Shown here piece after piece: positions 63,470 to 64,000 of a stretch of DNA of 64,000 bases (position 1 is its first letter; the number at the start of each line of letters is the position of its first letter). Under the pieces are notes generated by a model. It searched no databases. It was not told the DNA's origin and worked only from the letters and a program-made list of their open reading frames with translations. Location: contig OZ316894.1 of assembly GCA_973895155.1 (NCBI GenBank), forward strand, positions 13,060,828 through 13,124,827, written 5' to 3'. Origin of the DNA: Marsupella aquatica. Its lineage: Eukaryota > Plantae > Marchantiophyta. The position numbers were made by a program, and so were the translations under genes.

Positions 63470-64000
63470 ATGCTCTCTACTCGAACAGATGGTTTACAGT
63501 GAGAAAGAAAAATGGAAGCTTGAGGTTCATTCCAGAGCAACCTCCAAACAAGGTGACCATCAGGAATGTGGGAGTTGGGCCACTCGTGGATGAGTTTCCT
63601 TGGAAAAATTTTCTTTTATAATAAAATTGCGAAAACCCACGTAAGGGGGGAAGCACACAGCACCAGAAAAATGCAAAGCAACACCACCCCGAAGAGGACA
63701 ACAGGGAGGCCCCTAAATGGGGCCAACAGAAAAACTAACAGCCGCCAAACCAGAACACTACTGCCAGTAAATACAGTCCACCCTGTCAGAAGTATTCTCG
63801 TGGATGAGTTTGTGGAGGAGTTTGCTGGGAAGGCGATCTACTCCATGGGTGATTTGTTTTTGGGTTACGACCAGTTCCAGTTGGTGCAAGAGAGCCGAGA
63901 CATTACGACTATGAGGACCCCGCTGGGCCTCTTGAGGATGTGCACTCTTCCTCAAGGGGCAACAAACTCAGTAGCGCACATGCAAAATGCGATGAGTAAA
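63470..64000 (+). pseudogene. Ty3/Gypsy reverse transcriptase fragment, runs off the window
   Basis: YSNRWFTVRKKNGSLRFI..NKVTIRN..VDEF|VEEFAGKAIYSMGDLFLGYDQ..RTPLGLLRMCTLPQGATNSVAHMQ. Confidence 0.85.
63598..63796 (-). mobile_element. 5'-truncated LINE 3' end inserted in the Gypsy RT, 15-bp TSD
   Basis: ctcgtggatgagttt at 63583-63597 and 63797-63811. The insert ends tttttccaagg(aaa) on the minus strand. Confidence 0.8.

Overview
Eukaryotic, TE-saturated land-plant DNA. The TE families and the EGF-containing TAA/TAR gene suggest a non-seed plant such as a liverwort, which is inference. The only clear host gene is a 5-exon TAA1/TAR tryptophan aminotransferase (6572-9311). The rest is nested transposons: a decayed PIF/Harbinger, an RLE-type LINE fragment, Tnt1-like Copia remnants, solo LTRs, a near-intact Copia/Bianca (38375-43968), two young non-autonomous Bianca-dependent elements (35414-38364, 54027-58049) and a complete CACTA (44700-58608, TSD ATT). 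Three systems stand out. (1) An intact, intron-containing ParB-like + N4C/N6A DNA methyltransferase gene lies tail-to-tail with the Harbinger transposase and may be inside that element. (2) The CACTA element carries an intact SET-domain exon nested in its transposase gene, apparently as an alternative splice product. (3) The non-autonomous LTR family swaps a central cargo cassette; one copy carries a captured BBR/BPC GAGA-factor sequence, and both share a covarying 3' hairpin with their autonomous partner. All domain calls come from reading motifs by eye, with no database search.
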